Assembly (NCBI GenBank): GCA_051530055.1
Contig: JBMGUZ010000063.1
Span: 1-15,721, forward strand
Length of the DNA: 15,721 nt
Reading direction: 5' to 3'
From: Neoechinorhynchus agilis
Taxonomy: Eukaryota > Animalia > Acanthocephala
This document shows, piece by piece, positions 9,000 to 15,721 of the stretch (position 1 is the first letter of the stretch; every line of letters begins with the position of its first letter). The notes below the pieces were generated by a model, which saw only the letters and a program-made list of their open reading frames with translations, was not told where the DNA came from and did no database searches. The position numbers were made by a program, and so were the translations under genes.

Positions 9000-9545
9000 A
9001 CTTTACACCGTACTTTGATTCATTCCCCGGTCCACTGTTTCAACCTGGCGAATAAATAAGACTCCCATTCAGAGCGATCCAATTTGAATTCACCTCGGGC
9101 CATCACGTGACCTTGTTGATCAAAATGGTGGCGTTATCGCAGAACTGAATCGATTCCCCTCCTCAGAGCGCATATTTGTCTTCTTTGGTTCTTTTTTTCC
9201 AAATTATTTGTTTGGCCTACATAGGATTTATTCCATTCGACGCAGGGAATCTCGTACACTTTGCTTTCATGCTCATCTCGTTTCTTAACCATGGAGCTTA
9301 ATTCTCGAGCTTTCTTCGATCTTTAGGCGCAACTTCCTTTATCAGATTGTTAATTGCACTGAATAACTCATCATCGACGAATGGTGAACCTATGGAGGTC
9401 CTTCGATTGGGCTCCCGGCACACTGCTTTCCTTCCATGAAGCCATTTTTATCATAGAGATTGGATAGCCCTTTCCTTTGAGCATATTGCTAACTCATTAT
9501 TGAGGGAATCTTGGTTGGAATTCAATTCCCTAGTCGGCGTTTGCA
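9000..9545 (-). mobile_element. Penelope-like element thumb/linker plus GIY-YIG endonuclease fragment, degenerate
   Basis: SNQDSLNNEL / MLKGKGYPISMIK (9469-9461 = GYP), KVYEIPCVEWNKSYVGQT (9262-9209), RTKEDKYAL*, HHFDQQGH. Multiple frameshifts and stops. Confidence 0.85.
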
Positions 9546-9607
9546 TTATTCTTACATAATTAACAGCGAAAGGACATTGGCGTTATCGGTCTCAATATCA
9601 CGCGGAT

Positions 9608-9694
9608 TCTTTATTTCCTAACAGTCTCTTGCTTTATTCTTGTACCGAATACGTTTTGGATTTTCTAACTCAATGGAATTTTCGATTTCAATTC
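9608..9694. repeat. Dispersed, diverged ~87-bp copy of the 170-bp tandem repeat unit
   Basis: TATTTCCTAACAGTCTCTTGC..CTTGTACCGAATACGTTTTGGATTTTCTAACTCAATGGAATTT is shared with the 10513-11110 units in the same orientation. Confidence 0.9.
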
Positions 9695-9744
9695 TATAGA
9701 TTTTCTGAATTCGAACACGCAAAGCGAAGGTGCACTTTTGATTT

Positions 9745-10485
9745 TCAGGAGTAATCGAGTGAGGCCGTGACTTTTGTTAGTATTGTCATTTTGGTTGTTG
9801 GTTCAATGACAGTAAAAGTTGGTTCATCGTAGATTGCTTTCATATAAGCAAGCAAATCTTCATCACAAACCGATTCAAATCAATGTTTCTTCAGAATACC
9901 TTTATTCTCCCAATTTACGACACTATGTGGATTATGGCAGTTCGGGCCGAATCGGCAACTATTGCTTGCCACAAAATAAAAACAAGCATGAACCTTCTGG
10001 CACTCTTTATCCATCACAAAACCGTCACACAATCTAAGCATACGACCAGTCTCGAAATCCGTTATAAATAAGATCTTTTTGAGGGTTCGGATTTTTACTT
10101 TATCGGCACCATGGAACTTTGCTGCCTGGAGATTGTGTTCCGACTTGAGATCGTGGTCAAATGCACATTTTCGGCCTTTTGTAGAGCTTCCTTTGAGAGT
10201 TGTTAAAAAGTATTTACATCCATGAATATATTTGCAATCCTCATTGCGTGATGGTTAAAACCTACATCTCATGATTTTTGTATTCAAAGCCAGAATGAAT
10301 TTTGTGTTGTTTTCGTCCGACAATAAACTTAGAAATCGGTGAGTTAAACTGAGTTTGTACATATCGAGGAGCATTGTTGAAGGATCAACGTCCGAAGGAG
10401 TGAGATTCGCGACACTAATTTCAGTTTGCCTTGTTTCCACCAATTTGTCAATAAAGGCATCAATAAAGGCTTCAGGACTCTCCAT
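9745..10485 (-). pseudogene. ZAP (ZC3HAV1)/PARP12-like N-terminal four-CCCH zinc-finger domain, with two in-frame stops
   Basis: One 247-codon frame: MESPEAFIDAFIDKL..HRFLSL..RCRF*PSRNEDCKYIHGCKYF..KCAFDHDLKSEHNL..KFHG..LRLCDG..CQKVHACFYFVASNSCRFGPNCHNPHSV..ILKKH*FE. TAA at 10257-10255, TGA at 9882-9880. Layout matches the ZAP/PARP12 N-terminal domain. No WWE or PARP domain seen. Confidence 0.8.
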
Positions 10486-10512
10486 TATAAGTTGAAATTG
10501 TTAGTTTTTTAA

Positions 10513-11110
10513 CGCCATCGAACCAAATCTTCTGATATTTCTCTATTTCCTAACAGTCTCTTGCGTGATTCCTGTACCGAATACGTTTTGGATTTTCCAA
10601 CTCAATGGAATTTACTTTAGATTTCACCTACCAGTTGTAGTTTTTTTCTGATTCCTGCTCACTTGATTGCTATGGAACAATAGCGCCATCGAACCAAATC
10701 TTCTGATATTTCTCTATTTCCTAACAGTCTCTTGCGTGATTCCTGTACCGAATACGTTTTGGATTTTCCAACTCAATGGAATTTACTTTAGATTTCAATT
10801 CACTAGTTGGCTTTTTCTTGATTCCTGCTCACTTGATTGCTATGGAACAATAGCGCCATCGAACCAAATCTTCTGATATTTCTCTATTTCCTAACAGTCT
10901 CTTGCGTGATTCCTGTACCGAATACGTTTTGAATTTTCCAACTCAATGGAATTTACTTTAGATTTCAATTCACTAGTTGGCTTTTTCTTGATTCCTGCTC
11001 ACTTGATTGCTATGGAACAATAGCACCATCGAACCAAATCTTCTGATATTTCTCTATTTCCTAACAGTCTCTTGCGTGACTCTTGTACCGAATACGTGCG
11101 GGATTTTCTG
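10513..11110. repeat. Tandem repeat, ~3.5 units of 170-171 bp
   Basis: Unit starts (C[G/A]CCATCGAACCAAATC) at 10513, 10684, 10854 and 11024. Units 2 and 3 are nearly identical. The outer units are more diverged. Confidence 0.97.
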
Positions 11111-11439
11111 ACTTCATCAAGTTTTTTATTGCAAAGCTCAACATCCCAGCTCGCCGCCGGTGGAGGTCGTGAGTTCCTAGCGGTTTCTTCAACATCGCTA
11201 ATTGTCGTTCTTTGTCTTTGGCTTACAACCCTAACTTCAATGATATAAAATCGTAGCTTTAACAATCCTTTGTAAAGTCTGTTAGTTTCTTATTGATATC
11301 CTTCGACTTAATCAAATTTCGAACTGGTATTATCTGCCGAATTCATCCTCTAAGCAAAAAATCGGTTTGAAGTACTCGACCTTGTACCCATCGTTCCTGG
11401 GCCAAACGAGCACGGCGAATGGTACTCTTGTTGTTTGGT

Positions 11440-12149
11440 TGAATTCATTTTGTATGCTTCGGTTTATATTTTATTTACATCAGCTTGTCGTTAATGAACT
11501 GCAAGCCAAAATAAACTTTCTCTCATAATCCAATAATAGAGTACAGTGATTGCGACTGGAAGATAAACTGCCAAATAAAGATTCCGCCATCCTCTAACAA
11601 AATAAGCGACTAAATCCAACATCAACATTCCTATACCTCAAATGAAATTAGCCATTATACACGGGGTGCCTCGGTATTCTGCTGCAAAAACTTCAATCCT
11701 GAGAATATAACAAGAAAGTTCACCAATCTGCCGGCAAATTCCAAATAAAAAATGAATACTATAAAAAATATCAAGATGATTCCGATCAATAAACAAGATA
11801 TAATGATTTTAACTGAACGGATGCATCCGATTTAGATGGTGTTTGAAAGTGCACAGCCGATTCCGAATATGATATTGATCCAAGTCCCGAGAAGAGCAAT
11901 TGGATTCTTACCAAAGTTGTCGCCAAACATTGACAAAACGGCTGCCCCAATTACTGATCCTATGAAAAAGGCTGGCTGCGGAATATCCTTTAAGAATTTC
12001 CGATCGCAATATAGATCAAAAGTGAATACCAGCGATCTGTCGTCGGGAAGCGGGTGGATGTAGCCGTTAGGACAGGGAATTGTTTTATTTGACAGTGAAT
12101 AATAATTCTCAAACTTCCCATCTGCATTAATTGAAATCGCGTCGCTCAT
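11440..12149 (-). pseudogene. SLC22/organic cation transporter-like MFS pseudogene fragment (end of the large loop through TM2-TM6)
   Basis: CPNGY..SLVFTFDLYCDR..FFIGSVIGAAVLSMFGDNFGKNP; a probable 55-60 nt intron ending TTTTATAG at 11759; FLFGIC..IEVFAAEYRG..FI*GIG..AYFVRGWRNL..YYWIMRESLFWL. In-frame stops at 11834, 11640, 11493 and 11466. Confidence 0.85.
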
Positions 12150-12319
12150 CGGCCATCAAATTAATTTAAAAATTTCTATTCTACTTATATTTTTGAAAAT
12201 AGTAACGTTAAAGCTTTCAATATTTTATTTTTTAAATCTCTATCATTCAAAGCCTTGTGATCATTTTCTTCAATTCTTTTACTTTTTGCCTCAATTCTCG
12301 TTCTTATACAACTCAAATC

Positions 12320-12880
12320 CTCCATTAGTAAAGGACATTTATGTTCCGGCATTTGATATAAATCTAACGAATGAATTTCCCTTCGCTGTTTTGTGATTAC
12401 ATTGAGTGCCATTTAAACATTTATGGCATCATAGACGTATCTTCTTATATTCTTATAATCTGCCACCTTTTAAGCTATTCTCAAATCCACACCATGGAAA
12501 ATCCCCTGATTTTCATGATCGAAGTAGATTCCAACAAGTTAATCGGCGACTTCACTGTATGTTGTATTGCTTGGTGCTGATCATGCGTAGTCCGAATGTT
12601 TTTCTCGTGGTTTTGCAAGGTTCATTGCTTGATTCTGTTCTCGAGTAGAAATGACTGCTGATTCGGTTGAAGATGAAATGATTGAACGTTGTATTGAACG
12701 TGGCTTTTGATCGAATCGATGAGTACGAGTCCACTTCAGGATTGTGGTTCATTTGACCATTGAACGATTATGGCGGTTACGTTTTCCATTGTGCTTAAAT
12801 ACTTGGATTTGAAGATTCGAATCAGTAAGAGGAAATGTTGAGATCGTGAAAATAAAGATGGCTGAGTTTGGTGAAGATGT
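12320..12880 (-). pseudogene. Possible telomerase reverse transcriptase-like relic (heavily frameshifted)
   Basis: Exact FPWCG (12500-12486), then SLK/VADY, then KCPLLMEDL (12340) at 52 codons from the W. Weaker upstream matches: LYFHDLNISS.DS (12857), VISTREQNQA, SDYA*. No DD catalytic motif or GIPQG was found. Confidence 0.45.
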
Positions 12881-13073
12881 CTCTCAATAGTAAAAGAATG
12901 AAAACTTACATTGAAATCATTAAAGCATTTCTGATTCGCAGGATAAAGACTACTTTGTATTAATGCTGATTTTTTGACATTTTTATCCTTTTTTGCTTAG
13001 CGAAAAAATCTTAAAATTAGTCTATAGACAACATTTAATTGTTAATTGAGAAGCGATTTCCGCATCGATAACA

Positions 13074-13390
13074 TTTTGTTAAACATACTCATTTTTTTGA
13101 GACATCAAATCATTCACACAATCGCTCTGGATCCCTGAGATGCCGTTTTGGTGTAACGGTCGAAAGGACGGATGAAGCATTCCCTCTCGTTTTCAGAGCA
13201 GATTTTTGTAGGAGGAATGCTCCTGATCTCGGATCGCCAGTGATTCGTCTCAATCTCTTAGACAATTCCTAGACCAGGTCCTGGGCCGCAGTGAGCTCAC
13301 ACTTTCCAGCATTAAGCTTAACGCTTAATCTCGCATTCTCCCTAATCTTTCCTGATCTCTCGGTTCGGATATCAGCCTTATGGACGTCAA
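13074..13390 (-). mobile_element. Second, internally deleted CRE-clade retrotransposon remnant
   Basis: IRENARLSVKLNAGKCEL (13319-13293, nucleotide-similar to 1471-1497) is joined directly to the C-terminal ELSKRLRRITGDPRSGAFLLQKSALKTRGNASSVLSTV..* (stop at 13112-13110). A CTC-A7 tail follows. Confidence 0.85.
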
Positions 13391-13703
13391 GAAGGAAGTA
13401 AAATGATAATCAGACTCAAGATATAGACAAATAACTACCATACAAATGAAGATTCTTACTACGAACAATAAATCATTACTGGGCTGCTATTATTTTTGTC
13501 AGCTCTTCTTCAGTACTAATTTTGATTACTAATTCATCAAAACAATGAAAATAAAGCTTCCATTTCACGTTTGACAATATCTCAGATGTTTGTACATTTG
13601 AAAGACGCCAATTGAGGTCGAATTGACGTCGTTCAATTTCGGTGCAGTAAAACTAAAACCATACTTTAGTATTGTCTTTAAAGTGCAAGAGAACGAATCA
13701 AAA

Positions 13704-15634
13704 ATGACGATCAAGCGAACATCAAATGCTAAGGATAAATCACTCGCTCAAATATGTGATGAATTGAGAGATAATCTCGACGGTGATTCTTGTACAATCA
13801 ACCAATCTTTGGCCAAACGAAACCTGCGAGAATTGTTAACGCGATCGATTACAGCCGAAGAAATCTTAAACTTTGGGATGCTTGAGATGGTAGACGAAAT
13901 GGCCGTAGACAAAGATTGCAAAAGTACAAGTTGGTTCCTAAGTAAATTAAAGAGCAAATTCAAAAAGATTGTCGGCGAAAAATATTGTCCAAGGATGAAA
14001 ACGACGAAGCATTGGTCAGTACGACCTCAACTCGAAAACGGGCAAATAAAGATGAAGTAATGGCGAAAAAGGAGATGACAGATTCAAGCGATAAAGGACG
14101 AATCCATTATGAAATGGCAACGTCCAAATCATTAAATATGCTAGTTAAAAAAGTTAAAATTGGATTGGACTCACAGTTTAAGGTTACAAACAAGAGCTTA
14201 GTAACCAGTGTCTTTTCTGAGATTCTCAAACAAGAAATGACCATCTCTCAGATTGGTAAGTCCGGCCTGATAAAGATTCTCCACCAAATGATTCAAAACA
14301 AAGAAAACGGAGAACTTGATTATTTGATTAAAGAAGTAGCAGCAAAAATTAAAGTAGTGCTCGGCATGGAGAAAGGTAAAAATGCCGATGATAAATCTCA
14401 TACGATGTCCGGTATCCACTCAAAGTTTGATGTTGAGATTGAAGAGCAGTGTCCGATAGAAACGAAATCTAAATCCAGTTTTGAAGACGCGAGCTGTAAA
14501 GAAATTTCAAGGAAGAGGCTGTCATCAACCATTCAAGGTGAAGAGAAAACAAAAATTCAGCGGACAGATTCAACACATCTCCGTCAAAGAATCTTGATGA
14601 CTATGAACTCTGAGCACAAAATTGTGAATTTTGATTTATTAAGGAGCATCGTTGATGAAATTCTGAAGGGCGAAGTTAGCCTGAGTGAAATTCGTCAATC
14701 CGGATTGATAGATGTCCTTGGAGAGATGCTCGACAACAAGGATAATGCTCCACTCAAGAAACTCTTAATCCAAGTTGCTATGAAGGTCAAGGAGGCTTTC
14801 AATCAAAAGCGATCTAAAGAAAGACCAGCGACCAAACCCAAATTGAATAAACCAAAAGAAGTAGAACCCGAAATATCAAATACTGATTCTAGTGATCGGG
14901 ATTCTAACGCAATTTCGGAAAAGAGAACAGAATCGCCGAAGAGAATCAATAGCGATGAAGAAATAGAAACGGGACTTCACAATGTCGAAAACGTTCACAG
15001 TCAACAGATTTCAGAATCCAAACAATTGATGCCGCCTTCTCGTTTAACCAAGAAGATTAAATTACTAAAGTTTTTATTGGATTCGCAATACGCAACCAAA
15101 AGCCTAGAACTGGTGGACGATGTCCTTTGCGAGATTTCAGAATTAGAGATGACTGTGGATGAAATCAAAGATTCCGATCTTATAAATATTCTCCATAAGA
15201 TGGCCAGCAACGGGGAAAACGAACCGTTAATCGACATAATCGATAAAATCGGAAAAAAGATGGTGGGAATCTATAATCGGCAACCTACGGAAATGTCCAA
15301 TATTTCGATCGAAAATAAATCAGGGTCACAATTGAAGGACAAACCACTCAATGAATCGATTTCAAAAAGAAAATCAAAGCCTTCAATTGAAATGAACTTG
15401 AGCATCAAGGAACTCTGCGATCGTTTAAAAAGCATCTTGGACGAGAAGTTCACAGTTCGGAACCACGCGATGCTAAAGCGGATACTCAGCGCGATGATTG
15501 AACGTGAAATAGCGCTGAGTGAAATTCGGAATAACAATTTGGTCAACATCCTAAGTCAAGTTCGTTCGAATCATTTAAATATTCGGCACAAGGGACTGCT
15601 TGAAAAATTGCTGAAGAAAATAAATGGCGGCTGA
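13704..15634 (+). CDS. ~640-aa intronless or near-intronless protein with five ~80-aa TFIIS N-terminal-domain-like helical repeats; one frame disruption near 13980
   Basis: ATG at 13704 in the 13623-14060 frame. The frame switches to 13985-15634 at the A5 run 13978-13982. Five repeats share the pattern L..IL..E[IM][ST]..EI..S.L..IL..M, separated by K/S/E-rich linkers. Confidence 0.75.
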
Positions 15635-15721
15635 TATTATCAATCATCGCTGATTTTACCCATGTTTAAGAGACGATTGACCAAGGATAAAATATTGTTC
15701 ATGATATTCAAGGAGCTTTTA
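14718..15721 (+). repeat. Partner of the inverted duplication at 6567-7570
   Basis: Reverse complement of 6567-7570. Runs to the window end. Confidence 0.97.

Noticed and set aside
10513-11110. CRISPR-like array
   Set aside because: Units are 170 bp and repeated in full, with no short repeat plus unique spacer pattern, no cas genes and a eukaryotic context.
9745-11834. Alternative nuclear code with TAA read as Tyr (in-frame TAA at Tyr-like positions in the ZAP-like and SLC22-like genes)
   Set aside because: The same genes also have TGA at Trp and Gly positions, TAA at Lys- and Leu-like positions, and frameshifts. Ordinary pseudogene decay explains all of these.
12185-12412. PEHKC as the SLC22 N-terminal PxHxC motif
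   Set aside because: No hydrophobic TM1 precedes it in any frame. The segment fits a TERT-like KC-PL..D motif at least as well.
13135-13200. Hammerhead-like CTGAGA..stem..CGAAA on the plus strand
   Set aside because: The core is incomplete and the segment is antisense to the C-terminal coding region of the second CRE.
6739-15549. ORFs 6739-7017, 7051-7287, 13748-13963, 14198-14419, 15001-15237 and 15271-15549
   Set aside because: Antisense shadows of the repeat-protein gene and its duplicate.

Overview
Eukaryotic (metazoan-like), gene-dense genomic DNA in which most elements are decayed or interrupted. Left to right: a near-full-length CRE-clade non-LTR retrotransposon (minus strand, 3 frameshifts); a CIR1 pseudogene; an SRP-receptor-beta gene split by a 384-bp GA..AT interruption; a DHX37 fragment split by an insertion carrying a hammerhead ribozyme core; a Penelope-like (PLE) RT fragment; a ~1-kb inverted copy of the 3' half of the gene at the right end; a PLE thumb/GIY-YIG fragment followed by a second, degenerate hammerhead; a ZAP/PARP12-like CCCH zinc-finger pseudogene that the ORF track largely misses; a 170-bp tandem array; an SLC22-like pseudogene; a possible telomerase RT relic; a second, internally deleted CRE; and an almost intact gene for a protein with five TFIIS-N-like helical repeats. 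Family assignments come from manual translation and remembered motifs. No database search was run and I cannot name the organism.
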